IMG/VR virus record: IMGVR_UViG_3300005842_000004
Span: 715 to 64,714 of that record
Source of the DNA: a virus
Lineage: Duplodnaviria > Caudoviricetes
DNA length: 64,000 nucleotides
Reading direction: 5' to 3' (one strand)
Shown here: positions 26,847 through 36,933 of the stretch, one piece after another
Layout of the letters: each line of letters opens with the position of its first letter
Position numbering within the stretch: position 1 is the first letter of the stretch
Notes under the pieces: generated by a model
The model's database searches: none
What the model was told of the DNA's origin: nothing
What the model saw: only the letters and a program-made list of their open reading frames with translations
Translations under genes and position numbers: made by a program

Positions 26847-27685
26847 GCCACCCCCACCAATCCGAGCTCACGTTTCCACGCAATCAATCCGGACATGGTC
26901 TTAGGTGCTAAGGTGCCATCGTCCTGCTTACGGGCGAAACGAGACTCTGACACCCCTTCGACCGTGCGGGATATAAGCCCCGGCTCCCAGCCAAGATCAG
27001 ATAATAATGAGAGCACTTCGATATAGCACCATTGCGACACGACAGAGGGTAATTCGATCGCAGCCCGGGCAGTCCATATAATCGACCCGTCAGAGATCGT
27101 GGCGCCGATGGTTGATGGCCATGCCGGCTCAGATAGGGCAGACGTGCCGGCGGATGTGCACTCGAAGCAGAGAAGGGACGGGTATGTCGGACGTGCCCAG
27201 GAGCCGAGAGTGCGTGCTGACGATATTGTCCATGTGGAAATCTGATCAGGCAGGAGAAACCCGGCATAGTAAGTGTCGATCAGATTCCGGCCAAACAGTG
27301 GCACGTTGGATCGCCATCCGATCTGGCGCGACACGCTGCCGATGGAAGGATCGTCCAAGGTGTATTGCGTCATGTCATATGTGGATGGATCGTCATTGTA
27401 TTCGACAAGAGCGATTCCGTCCAATGTGATAGACAGTGTGCCCGGCTCGACAGGCAGACGAGAGAGATATCGCAACGATGATCCTGTGCCGCTGCTCTTC
27501 TCCTCGTATTTCTGCCGCGCAATTTCTACCCCGATAAACCTGACCATCGCGGACGACGCATCGACAATGAGCGGAGAGAGGACGGAATCGGGGACGGTCG
27601 GATCTTGCAGATAGGTTTTGACTTGCGCCAATGAGATTAGATTCGTGGCGCCGGGCGGAATGATCGTGCGGACAGAGGAGGACAT
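26843..27685 (-). CDS. Head-tail connector (gp6-like) with inserted module
   Basis: [27 protein letters not shown]; insertion [22 protein letters not shown]. Confidence 0.75.
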   Translation of the reverse strand: MSSSVRTIIPPGATNLISLAQVKTYLQDPTVPDSVLSPLIVDASSAMVRFIGVEIARQKYEEKSSGTGSSLRYLSRLPVEPGTLSITLDGIALVEYNDDPSTYDMTQYTLDDPSIGSVSRQIGWRSNVPLFGRNLIDTYYAGFLLPDQISTWTISSARTLGSWARPTYPSLLCFECTSAGTSALSEPAWPSTIGATISDGSIIWTARAAIELPSVVSQWCYIEVLSLLSDLGWEPGLISRTVEGVSESRFARKQDDGTLAPKTMSGLIAWKRELGLVGVA

Positions 27686-27791
27686 ATATTTGATTTGTTT
27701 TCAGATCAAGCCGCCCGTAGAGCCTCCCCGGCGTTCCCCTTCGCGGGTTCCTTCCGAGTCGACACGGGCGGCCTGTCTATGGTATCAGGTT

Positions 27792-28250
27792 TTAGCCGTA
27801 GCTCCCGGTCACGAGTTGGGCCGACACCACGATCGCCCGCCCGCCGAGACTCACCGCAGCATAAAAACCTGTCTTCGCGGTGTCAGTGATCGCGACAACG
27901 GCCACGCCCGTCGCTAGAGTTTGAATCCGCAGCGCCTTCTTCGCCGTATATGTCTGGAGCACGATGCCACTCGTGGTAGTCACCGTGCCACTTGCGGTCG
28001 TGCCTGTCAACCCTGCCCCGGCTGGATCATCGGTCAAGGTGAAGTCGAGATGGTGGACCGCTGCCACCGTCGCCCCTTCCCCATCCTTGACCGTGATAGT
28101 GATATTTGAGACATTGGCCGATCCTGCCGCCGCACTAATCGTCACAGTCTGCGCCTGACCCGGAGTCGAGAGTGTCCCGACGACTTTGAATTTGGAATCG
28201 GCCTCCACTTCGACCGTAGTCCCGTTGTTGATGTATCGAAGACCGCTCAT
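27792..28250 (-). CDS. Putative capsid decoration/Ig-like protein
   Basis: Thr/Val/Ala-rich beta protein after capsid; SD GAGGAGG. Confidence 0.6.
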   Translation of the reverse strand: MSGLRYINNGTTVEVEADSKFKVVGTLSTPGQAQTVTISAAAGSANVSNITITVKDGEGATVAAVHHLDFTLTDDPAGAGLTGTTASGTVTTTSGIVLQTYTAKKALRIQTLATGVAVVAITDTAKTGFYAAVSLGGRAIVVSAQLVTGSYG

Positions 28251-28283
28251 CCTGTTTCCTCCTCTTTGGGTGATCGATACGGT

Positions 28284-28736
28284 TTACGGCGCCGGGACCG
28301 TCACAACCTCGTCGACGGTGGTGATATTCGTACCCGGGCCATAGTGTGCGCCGAGCCCCTGCACGATCGCGCATACAAGACTCGCCGCCGTCGCCGGAGT
28401 GATCGTCAGTCGGAAATAAGCGAATGCGTTGTCGAGATCGAGATGGGCCGGGCGAAGATTGATCACCACTTGCTTGTTCCCGTCGACGTCGGTGAGCTGG
28501 GTTGCCAGCGAGAGCGGGATGTTCTTGACCCCAGTGCCGGAAGAGTCGGTCGCCTGCTCAAGCTTGATGTCGTCGGTGCCAGTCGAAGTGATGGCGCCGA
28601 CGAGGACGGTGGCGAAGTAGCTGACATGGGTGTTGGCGGGGAGCCATCCGGTCGACTTCGCGGTTGTGGCAGATTGCGGATTGATCACGGCGAGGAGAGT
28701 GACGATGTCGGATGCGATCGGGTTAAGGCTGCTCAT
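28284..28736 (-). CDS. Putative head decoration/cement protein
   Basis: Directly after capsid; SD AAGGA before ATG 28736. Confidence 0.65.
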   Translation of the reverse strand: MSSLNPIASDIVTLLAVINPQSATTAKSTGWLPANTHVSYFATVLVGAITSTGTDDIKLEQATDSSGTGVKNIPLSLATQLTDVDGNKQVVINLRPAHLDLDNAFAYFRLTITPATAASLVCAIVQGLGAHYGPGTNITTVDEVVTVPAP

Positions 28737-28783
28737 ATCGGATTTCCTTTTTGTCCTTTCTGGCTTGGTCTGTCTGGCTTGCC

Positions 28784-30115
28784 TTATGCCCGAGTGTCGA
28801 GGAGGACGAAATGACTCTTGGTGTTCGACCCGTGCGCCGGAGTGATCGGCTTCGACATGAACGGCTGACCGCCCATGCGGAATGTCCACCGGAACGCCTG
28901 CTCGCCGGTATCGAACCAGAAATGGATAGACGTTGCGAAGATCACTCCGTCTGTCCGCTTGATTCCGTAATACCCGGACAGATCGACGAGCTGGATATCG
29001 CCCTTGGTGCCGAGGGTTTGAGCGTGCTCGGTGAACTTGGTGGCGACGCCGAGGATCGATCCGTCTGGCGCCTCATGAATCCCTGCGTTGGACGGAATCC
29101 ACACCGGCACCGTACCCAGCGTCAGCTCGATCAGGGACGGGAGGATGTCACTGTTGCAGATGAAGAGAGGACGCGCACCCGACCCACGATAGAGCCGAGA
29201 ATACATCTTGGCGAGGTTCTTGAGGTAGATCGTCCCCGCAGCCTGGCTCGTCTCTTTCGCTACCGATACGACAGCCGGCGAGTTGACCCATCCCCGCGGC
29301 TTGCCCACCCCATCCCCCCACATGATCGCGTCGGACGAAACCCACTCGATCGCACGGGCAGACCCGACAGTCAGACGGCTATTGAGACGTGGATAGTCTT
29401 GAAGCAGCTCATCCGTCGCCGAGACGAAGGCATAGAGCTCGTTCAGCTCCATGACTTCGGGCTTGGTTTCGAGCTTGGACTCGCGCATCTTCTTCGATTC
29501 GGTGCGCCAATACGCCTGGACTCCGGTGCCGCCCCACGGCGTCGACTCATCCCGATACATCCACACCGCATTCGAGATCGTCGGCTCCATGGTCAGGAGA
29601 GAGAGGAGGTCATTCCCGTCGAGCACGAGTGTCCAGATGTCGGTGCGGAACTCGGGCGGAATCGGCCAACCTTCAGACGAGTTGGTCTCGCGGTGGGGAT
29701 CGGCAGCGGCAGCGGTGAACACGCCGCCAGGGCCTTGCACGAGACCGCCTGCCGCACGGTTGCCATAGAGAGCGGACAGGCGTTCGGACGGCTGCGCCTC
29801 GTGCCGGCAGACGGTGCGGATTTCGAGCGCGAGATCGGCGAGGTTTCGATACCCGCCTTTGGGATCGCGCTCGACTTGCGGATTGGCGCTGAGCGGGCCG
29901 GTCGAATTGGTCTGGATGACGGCGGCAGCGGGAGCGGCGAGCTGCTCATTGACCAAAGCCTGAGCAGCGGCAACATCCCGGCGAGCAGACTGTACGGCTA
30001 GGGTGTGTGCCTCGATCTGCTCAGTCGTCGCGGTCGAGTCGGCCGCGAGCATGGTGGCGGTTTGTGCTTCCAATTCGGCAAGTCGTGCCTGCCGCGTGGT
30101 GAGGAGTGAAGCCAT
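28784..30115 (-). CDS. Major capsid protein, HK97 fold
   Basis: EGWPIPPEF, ATDELLQD, GDGVGKPRG, AFRWTFRMGGQP; N-terminal coiled delta domain. Confidence 0.95.
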   Translation of the reverse strand: MASLLTTRQARLAELEAQTATMLAADSTATTEQIEAHTLAVQSARRDVAAAQALVNEQLAAPAAAVIQTNSTGPLSANPQVERDPKGGYRNLADLALEIRTVCRHEAQPSERLSALYGNRAAGGLVQGPGGVFTAAAADPHRETNSSEGWPIPPEFRTDIWTLVLDGNDLLSLLTMEPTISNAVWMYRDESTPWGGTGVQAYWRTESKKMRESKLETKPEVMELNELYAFVSATDELLQDYPRLNSRLTVGSARAIEWVSSDAIMWGDGVGKPRGWVNSPAVVSVAKETSQAAGTIYLKNLAKMYSRLYRGSGARPLFICNSDILPSLIELTLGTVPVWIPSNAGIHEAPDGSILGVATKFTEHAQTLGTKGDIQLVDLSGYYGIKRTDGVIFATSIHFWFDTGEQAFRWTFRMGGQPFMSKPITPAHGSNTKSHFVLLDTRA

Positions 30116-30282
30116 AGAGTAGGTCCCTCATAGTGGGTGCGTGAGAGGGACCAGATATACGCCTAGCCGATCTCGCACGCGGGTTTGCGTGTGTGGTCCG
30201 GACGTGCCGACCGGAGAGACTGGCTAGCTGTGGGACAAGGCGCACGGCAAAGTGCGGCTCATCCGTCAGGTAGATTGAGAGG

Positions 30283-30312
30283 ATATTAAGCGGTGAATGG
30301 GTGACGTGTCAA
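30283..30312 (-). promoter_or_regulatory. Sigma70-type promoter upstream of capsid gene
   Basis: TTGACA-18-TAATAT in a 210-bp intergenic gap. Confidence 0.6.
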
Positions 30313-30326
30313 GGATCGATCGTTGA

Positions 30327-30671
30327 TCACCATGCCGGCGGCTGGCCGGAGTTCTTCGCATAGTCCGGGATTCGGTAATACACGACCACCCGGCATGACC
30401 CGGCGATTCGATTGAGCCAGATCCCGCCCGGGCATGGTATCCCATTCTCGCCAAACATGACCGTAGCAGCGCCGGACGCTGGGAGAGAATACGCCGCCAT
30501 CTCTTTGGTCAGATCGGTTGCGGCTGATTCCTGGAGAGAAATAGAACATGCGGCCGGTGATCCTGCTGACTCGGCGACAGAGAACCCGATCAGGCGGAGA
30601 TTGACAGTCGGCGCCACGATGGCAAGGGATGACGTGCCGGATGCGACGGTGACGCGGGCGGTATCGGCCAT
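30327..30671 (-). CDS. Hypothetical structural protein
   Basis: SD AAGGA before ATG 30671; beta-rich. Confidence 0.6.
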   Translation of the reverse strand: MADTARVTVASGTSSLAIVAPTVNLRLIGFSVAESAGSPAACSISLQESAATDLTKEMAAYSLPASGAATVMFGENGIPCPGGIWLNRIAGSCRVVVYYRIPDYAKNSGQPPAW

Positions 30672-30691
30672 GACGTTTTCCTTTCCAAATT

Positions 30692-31924
30692 TCAAGCTAA
30701 GCGGAGACGGTGAAGCGCACGAGCACGCGCACGAAGATCAGCGACGTCATCAGCGATCACGGTAGAACTGCCCGACTTGCTTGATCTCGACTTCTTACTT
30801 TTTTTGCCGGTGCCGCCACACTCAGAACACGGCGGGTCTTGCGCTTGGCCTTTGCACACAGGGCAATCATCATCATCGTCATCGTCGTCATCATCAAGAT
30901 CATCGTCCAGCTCGTCCTCTATCTCGTCCTCCGGATCTGCCTTCTTTTCCGCTGCCACGCCCGCAACATTGACTATCTCATTGTTCATCCCGCCCCCCGA
31001 CTTCCCGCCCAGCTTCTTCGCCATCCGGTCGATCTCTTGCTGTAAGGTGGCGACACGGGTGATCATGCCGAGGGATTTGGCAATTTTCGCTGAGACCATC
31101 CGCCCTCTACCCCAATTCAAATCGATAATCATTGCGGCCGACTTGTTGCCTTGCGCCGAGACTCCACACCCGCGGACCAGGGCGGAAAGGAACATCTGAT
31201 AGTACTCGTCAGATTGAGCCATGAGATAGGCAATCGTATCGTCAGAGAGCGGGGTGAACGGGTTGCCCTCCGCCTTGTTCCCATTCTCCGGAGAGGTTAT
31301 GTACGTTACCTTGACCCCGGCATCCTCCGCCATCTTGCTCATATCGTCATGCCGCATCAATACGCCGATCGACCCGATCTGACTTGAGGGCGATCCGACC
31401 AGCTCATTGAACTGTGACCCAATCCAGAACCCCGCCGATGCGCAGTTCCCCATCACTACGCCGACATTCGGCTTCAATAACCTGAGTGAATAGATCATGT
31501 CGGCGCACTCGGGGACTTGGAATACATTGCCGCCTGGGGTGTCGATACGGACGATAACCCCGGCGATATTGGAATCCGTCATCGCGGTTTGGTATGCCTT
31601 GCAGAATCGATCAATCGAGCAACACGCCTGGCTCATGTCATCCATCCCACCACCCCGAGGAGAGATGGCGCCAAACATGTCCATGATGCAGATTGTGGCA
31701 GGGGCTTGATACCCCTGTGCTGGACGTGCGGCCTCATTGACTGCGCGGGCCTCAGAAATGGCGATGTCTTTCTCTGCTCGGGAAATCTGAGGGAGAACGC
31801 CGGACCAGCGAGCGATAATTGCTCGGGCCGACTCGTACGCCGCTGGGTGCATCGCCATGTGTTGGGCATCAAACCAAGCTAAGACGGAAGTGGACTCTTC
31901 GCCGGATGAAAGTCGGACAGTCAT
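30692..31924 (-). CDS. S49 (SppA-like) prohead protease
   Basis: RIDTPGG, CASAGFWIGS, GSIGV, KAEGNPF; acidic tract and CxxC..CxxCGGTG tail. Confidence 0.9.
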   Translation of the reverse strand: MTVRLSSGEESTSVLAWFDAQHMAMHPAAYESARAIIARWSGVLPQISRAEKDIAISEARAVNEAARPAQGYQAPATICIMDMFGAISPRGGGMDDMSQACCSIDRFCKAYQTAMTDSNIAGVIVRIDTPGGNVFQVPECADMIYSLRLLKPNVGVVMGNCASAGFWIGSQFNELVGSPSSQIGSIGVLMRHDDMSKMAEDAGVKVTYITSPENGNKAEGNPFTPLSDDTIAYLMAQSDEYYQMFLSALVRGCGVSAQGNKSAAMIIDLNWGRGRMVSAKIAKSLGMITRVATLQQEIDRMAKKLGGKSGGGMNNEIVNVAGVAAEKKADPEDEIEDELDDDLDDDDDDDDDDCPVCKGQAQDPPCSECGGTGKKSKKSRSSKSGSSTVIADDVADLRARARALHRLRLA

Positions 31925-31927
31925 GAT

Positions 31928-33643
31928 CTATTCCTCACTTCCCAGATCCATCATCTCGGATATCCCTATCCCGTTCTCTTCCCACGAATCGATAACCCCA
32001 ATCCCACCCGATAGTATAAGATCCCGATGCCGATCCGCATATACCGTCGTCTGCGCCACCGTCAATGCCAACCTCTGCGCCATCAACACCGCATGCTGCT
32101 GATAGTGCTTGGTCAAGTATCGAGACCAGTCGTCGGGCTTAGATGCATATTGTGGTGCATGCCGGCGGATCGGCTCAGTTTCTCGGGCAAGGAGAAATAC
32201 AGCATGCTCTCTTGCCAAGATTGCGCTCTTCTTCTTCTCGGCTGCGAGTTGTGACATTACGTGATGGATCAGATCAGCGCCAGCCGGCTCATGGTGCGGA
32301 TAGACAGCCCGGATCGGCGCCATCGCTTCGGCCATCGGATCAGACATCATCCGATCAGCTCCCGGGTGTTGCTGATCGCCCGGATTATCTGGCGTCGGCT
32401 GCCTCGGATCGCCACCCGTATCATTGCCCTGTTTGCCTTGATTGACACTTCTCTGCGGCGGGCCAGAACCATATGGATTCCATCCGCGCTCAATTCTAAT
32501 CTCATCTTCTGATCTGATCCCGCTATTGACATAGATGGCGTCGACTTGGGCCTGAGCGAGAGAATCGCCTTGCGTCAGATATCCAACATCAATCAGACAT
32601 CCGACATCCTTCTCTGAGATGAGATCACGCTTGAAACTCGCCTCAGTCGACGTGGTGCATGCGCGAACATGGAGGTTGAGCCACTCTCTTGCTGCGGATT
32701 CGCGTGATGCATACGGCAACCCGACGTCTACCCCGAGCATGTACGGATGAACGAGCATCCATCGTGCGACCTCTTCTGCCTGTTTATCCCAAATCTCAGG
32801 GAGCTGGGCATTGCGGGCATGATCGCCGAATTCCTTTGTCGTGATGCCCTCTTCGACGACCAATGCTGTATGTGAGTTTGCCGACCCGCCAACCCGATTC
32901 AATACTTGGGATTTGAACCGTTTCAATGCCGGGTCTGACATTGTCCCTGGGTGCTGGAATATGATCGACGGGCTCGCCCCACGCTTAAAGTATGAATTCC
33001 GGTGCCGCTCTTGAGCAAGCCACCCAGCAACCGACTCCCGGCAGCGGCGCAATAGACTTTCCGGAATAAGCTTGTGCGTGCTGAATCCCTTAAGATATAA
33101 TACTTGATCCTGCATTACTTGTCGCGATTGCTTGCCAGGCTCGGTCACAGTGAACCGCTGATGCCCCGAATCGATCTGCTCTATCTGGCTGATCCACTCC
33201 GCTTCGATCGGCCAAAGCTCTAGACCGTTCGCTCCGAATTTGATATCCGATATGCACAGGCCCCAAAGCCGTCTCTGACACTCTGCCCACATGCGCCACT
33301 CAACCGCAGTCTGCCAAGGGTTGGCAACACCGTCGACATCGAGCGTGCGGGCGAGAGAGTAATCGTAGAGAGGTTTGGTGCCCTCGTCTTCGGGGAGTTT
33401 GCGGTAGAACTTGACTGGCGATGTGCCAACGACGCCGGCCCAAATAGACAGTGCCATGAATACGCACGACACGCCAATGACATCATCGGGGCGGACATAT
33501 GACCCGGTCGCCGCCGCACCCGAGAACCCGCCCCAGACATCGCGATAGCCGTACGGAAACCATCCCTGCGACATCGGGTCGTTCGGATCGCCGGCGGATG
33601 GCATGTCCGACCGAAACCCGAGGAGAAAGTCAAGGGCGCTCAC
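31928..33643 (-). CDS. Portal protein (HK97 family)
   Basis: NPWQT..W, YFKRGASPS, LVVEEG, EVARWMLVHPYMLG, DEIRIERG. Confidence 0.92.
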   Translation of the reverse strand: MSALDFLLGFRSDMPSAGDPNDPMSQGWFPYGYRDVWGGFSGAAATGSYVRPDDVIGVSCVFMALSIWAGVVGTSPVKFYRKLPEDEGTKPLYDYSLARTLDVDGVANPWQTAVEWRMWAECQRRLWGLCISDIKFGANGLELWPIEAEWISQIEQIDSGHQRFTVTEPGKQSRQVMQDQVLYLKGFSTHKLIPESLLRRCRESVAGWLAQERHRNSYFKRGASPSIIFQHPGTMSDPALKRFKSQVLNRVGGSANSHTALVVEEGITTKEFGDHARNAQLPEIWDKQAEEVARWMLVHPYMLGVDVGLPYASRESAAREWLNLHVRACTTSTEASFKRDLISEKDVGCLIDVGYLTQGDSLAQAQVDAIYVNSGIRSEDEIRIERGWNPYGSGPPQRSVNQGKQGNDTGGDPRQPTPDNPGDQQHPGADRMMSDPMAEAMAPIRAVYPHHEPAGADLIHHVMSQLAAEKKKSAILAREHAVFLLARETEPIRRHAPQYASKPDDWSRYLTKHYQQHAVLMAQRLALTVAQTTVYADRHRDLILSGGIGVIDSWEENGIGISEMMDLGSEE

Positions 33644-33652
33644 CCGTTTGTC

Positions 33653-33943
33653 TTATCCCTGGTCATCGTGCTTTCCTTTTCGCCCGCTCTGCCGCCACCG
33701 AAACGCTAGACTGATCAGCCCGAATACACCTATCCCGACTCCGACTCCTAGTCGGAAATGTAGCACTGTCGGGAGGCATGACGCAACCATGCCCATTCCA
33801 ATCGAAAAGAGGAGGGAGGGGACGAACTGCGGGTCTCGTTCGTTGGCGAGGATGATGAGGAGGCGGTTGAGAGGGCGGTAGGCAGAAATGCGGCTGCGGA
33901 GAGAGCGGAAGTAAAGGCGAGTGCGGCGGATGGGATGAATCAC
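33653..33943 (-). CDS. Small two-TM membrane protein
   Basis: Two hydrophobic segments; between terL and portal. Confidence 0.55.
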   Translation of the reverse strand: MIHPIRRTRLYFRSLRSRISAYRPLNRLLIILANERDPQFVPSLLFSIGMGMVASCLPTVLHFRLGVGVGIGVFGLISLAFRWRQSGRKGKHDDQG

Positions 33944-34218
33944 AAAGACACCACCGGCAGCTCGCCAAGATCCACGTAATAGTCTGGCCGGCCGAATTCC
34001 TGTTCCGGATTATCGGTCAGCCACCAGTCACCATCGAACCATACGAGAATTTTGTTCGCGAACACAGTCCCGGACTCGAAGTTGTAAGGCGCAGGGACCA
34101 ACCTCACAGGTCTTATCTCTCGGTTCTCTCCGTCTATTTCCTCGCCGACCTCAAGCCCGCCAGTGATTTTGTTTGTCTTGTGCTCGATGATTCGATATAC
34201 CGTTTTGTCTGCGTTCAT
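33940..34218 (-). CDS. Hypothetical protein
   Basis: SD AAGGA; overlap with downstream gene. Confidence 0.6.
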   Translation of the reverse strand: MNADKTVYRIIEHKTNKITGGLEVGEEIDGENREIRPVRLVPAPYNFESGTVFANKILVWFDGDWWLTDNPEQEFGRPDYYVDLGELPVVSL

Positions 34219-34230
34219 CGCGCCTATCCT

Positions 34231-36207
34231 TTATCCCCAATCCAACACAATTACATCTCTCTCCTCGTAATGCTTACTCCCTCCGCCTTCCGCCCCCTTA
34301 TTGATCGTCATGCATATTCCAACCGCATTAGCCAACGCGACCGGCCCGTCCACCTTCTCCACTGACCGCTGCTTATCAATCATACCATTCAGATTTACAT
34401 CCGTCCTCAACATCACATTCCGCATCATCCATCGCATTGCCTTGTGCGCCCGATGTCGGAACAATTTTGCGGTGACTCTCCGTGCTATCTCAGCGACCGG
34501 CGCACCCATCCGATAATGCGTCTGCGCGAAGTCTATCATGGTAAACCCGTCGTTGGTCAGACTGGTCACGAGCTGGTGGACAAACGTGCGGTCATACCCG
34601 ATCGCCTGAATAAGATAGCGATGTGCCAAAGTATTAAGCAGAAAGTCTCGTATTGGTGTCGGATCGAATACCTCTCCCTCGGTCACAAATATGTCGCCCT
34701 CATCCCGCCATTGTTCGATAATCTGGCTCTTGTCTCTCCGCTTCTTATATGTCCCTTCGTCAATCCAGAAGTATTCCAAAATTGAATAGACTTGATTGTT
34801 CGGGTCGCCGCCCGCCTCATCGTCAGGAAATAGCAAGATCAGAGCTGACCAGTCATTTGTCCGGGCCAGGTCAATCCCGCCATAGCACCTTTTCCCGAGC
34901 AGTTGCGCCTCAAGATTGGATATCATCCCATATTTTTGGTGCTCTATCTTAGTCGCTAATATTGGCTTAGAGCATGCCATCCATTGCTCATCCGGAATCC
35001 ACACCGACACCGCATCAGTCCACAGGCAGAAATGCAGCCGTAATGTCAGATTCTTCTTACTCGGAGTGGCCAGTGCTCGGCGTAGATGTTGCTCGACATA
35101 TTCGTACGCTGGCAACCCTTCATTTATTCCTGGGTTCGCCTTAACCCACAGCTCCCGATGATCAAGCAGATATTGGATCGAATTGACGCCTTCCGGGATA
35201 TCGCCAGGAGTCTTGTCTTCGCCTTCACCATCCGGGGTATCTAGGCCAAGAATAAATGCGAACAGGTGATCGTCCGGCATCGTACCCTCTAGCATCTGCT
35301 CCGCTTCCCGTCGATGCAGATAGCAGACCGACTCGGTGCCGACACCGGAATTCGTAATCTCATAACACAACGGCTGAGTCCGGTTTTTGCCTATCGCCTC
35401 CCGCATCATATCGACTACGGTTTCCCGCTTGATCTCGTGGAGCTCATCAAACGCAACACCGTGAGGACGAGGGCCAGATTGGGTTTGATCTGACGCGATA
35501 GGGCAGAAATACGATCCGAGTAAGTGATATTCTTTGTCACTCTGTGCATTGGCGAAAGTGAGCTGAGAGACATTCGGCATCTTCCCGGTACAGATCAGCC
35601 GGCACTCCAGCTCGGGCGAGTTGTCCCGCATCTTGACCGCTTCCCGGAACAGGACCATTGCCTGATCCTTGTCACCGGCCGCGGCATAACACTCGGCATC
35701 AGGCTCTCCGTCTGCCGTGGTCAAGTAGAGCATGGTGCCGGCGACTAGAGGGGTTTTGCCGCATCCTTTAGCCCCTTCGACATAGACAATCTGGAATCGG
35801 CGATACCCGAGTGATCCGTCCGGGTTGACTCTGCGCCATCCAAATATCGATCCCTGGACAAACTTCTGCCACAGGTGAAGGTCGAATGGGCGAAGGTGTG
35901 GCGTCTCTTTGAATCGGAGGCGGAGGATTTGCGGGAAGTACTCTAAATGACGATGGCACGCATCAAGATCGAAATAGATATCGGTGCGGGATAGATCAGA
36001 TATGTGACGTTTACACGCGAGCTTGACCCACCGATTTGCAAGGATGCGACCGGCGAGTACTAGGCGGGCGTAATATGTGACAGGGTCGTGATCAGGGTCA
36101 CCAAAGTCATCGACAGGGATAGACGGCGGGTGGACCTGCGTTCTCTTCGGCAATGCTGTGCTTGTCGGTTTTACCGCCGGTCGTACACCGGCAGACTTAA
36201 ACCCCAC
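34231..36207 (-). CDS. terL: Terminase large subunit
   Basis: AKGCGKT Walker A, FDELHE Walker B, ITNSG, WVKANP, YGGIDLA..D, KVDGPVALANA. Confidence 0.96.
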   Translation of the reverse strand: MGFKSAGVRPAVKPTSTALPKRTQVHPPSIPVDDFGDPDHDPVTYYARLVLAGRILANRWVKLACKRHISDLSRTDIYFDLDACHRHLEYFPQILRLRFKETPHLRPFDLHLWQKFVQGSIFGWRRVNPDGSLGYRRFQIVYVEGAKGCGKTPLVAGTMLYLTTADGEPDAECYAAAGDKDQAMVLFREAVKMRDNSPELECRLICTGKMPNVSQLTFANAQSDKEYHLLGSYFCPIASDQTQSGPRPHGVAFDELHEIKRETVVDMMREAIGKNRTQPLCYEITNSGVGTESVCYLHRREAEQMLEGTMPDDHLFAFILGLDTPDGEGEDKTPGDIPEGVNSIQYLLDHRELWVKANPGINEGLPAYEYVEQHLRRALATPSKKNLTLRLHFCLWTDAVSVWIPDEQWMACSKPILATKIEHQKYGMISNLEAQLLGKRCYGGIDLARTNDWSALILLFPDDEAGGDPNNQVYSILEYFWIDEGTYKKRRDKSQIIEQWRDEGDIFVTEGEVFDPTPIRDFLLNTLAHRYLIQAIGYDRTFVHQLVTSLTNDGFTMIDFAQTHYRMGAPVAEIARRVTAKLFRHRAHKAMRWMMRNVMLRTDVNLNGMIDKQRSVEKVDGPVALANAVGICMTINKGAEGGGSKHYEERDVIVLDWG

Positions 36208-36340
36208 GATCTGCCCCTCTCGTCAATCGTGCCAGATCGATCAGTTTATCTGCAAACTCGGCCGGCATCTCTGCCCTCTGCCGCTTCGACATCCGCTGAC
36301 ATATCCCCGTCTTGATCAATCTGGCGCGCTCTATCCTCAT
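36197..36340 (-). CDS. Possible 47-aa protein between terS and terL (not in ORF track)
   Basis: MRIERARLIKTGICQRMSKRQRAEMPAEFADKLIDLARLTRGADRGV fills the gap. Confidence 0.35.
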   Translation of the reverse strand: MRIERARLIKTGICQRMSKRQRAEMPAEFADKLIDLARLTRGADRGV

Positions 36341-36351
36341 GTGTCGGTATT

Positions 36352-36933
36352 CTATCCTGCGTGCCCGAAGAAATCTAACACTTTCTCTCTTGGGTGCAGG
36401 CGCTTACCTGGTGCGGCTAGCTTACTCGTTCCTGTCGGTGCTGCTCCTGCCTGTGCTGCCGCCGCTTGTGCCTGTGTCGGCTTCTTCTTGACCACACTGA
36501 CCCGCGCTCGATCGGCCGGACTCAACCCGAATTTCCCCAAATACACCCCAAGTGCCTGCGTTGCCCACTCGTGCCGCGCCACTTCCGGCCGAGTCTTGAG
36601 CACCGTTTCACCCTTGATGTTGATGTGCTCCATGGTCAGCCCGCCAGACCGGATCATATTTCCGAGCTTGACCCACTCGGCATATATCTCACACAAGATC
36701 CCGAGCGCGGTTAGATCGACATCGGTCAGCACGCCCATGCCGTGGACACTGGTGCCGATCTCGCCGAACCAATGCACCCGGCCCGCTTCCGATAGCGTTG
36801 ACGGCGGATCAGGCATCGGATCGTCTAGAGCAAGGACAGGTACTTGCGGCTCATCTGGCGGAAGAGGACGCCGACCGCGGTTGCCTTCCCTGGCACGGAG
36901 AGCGGTGGGCTTGCGCGGCCGGCCGGCGGGCAT
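36352..36933 (-). CDS. terS: Terminase small subunit, P27 family
   Basis: MPAGRPRKPT..EGNRGRRPL, LTDVD..LC, KFGLSPADRAR; TAATG overlap. Confidence 0.93.
   Translation of the reverse strand: MPAGRPRKPTALRAREGNRGRRPLPPDEPQVPVLALDDPMPDPPSTLSEAGRVHWFGEIGTSVHGMGVLTDVDLTALGILCEIYAEWVKLGNMIRSGGLTMEHINIKGETVLKTRPEVARHEWATQALGVYLGKFGLSPADRARVSVVKKKPTQAQAAAAQAGAAPTGTSKLAAPGKRLHPREKVLDFFGHAG

Noticed and set aside
28751-30001. 416-aa plus-strand ORF and many other plus-strand ORFs
   Set aside because: Antisense shadows of well-supported minus-strand genes in GC-rich DNA; Arg-rich, no motifs
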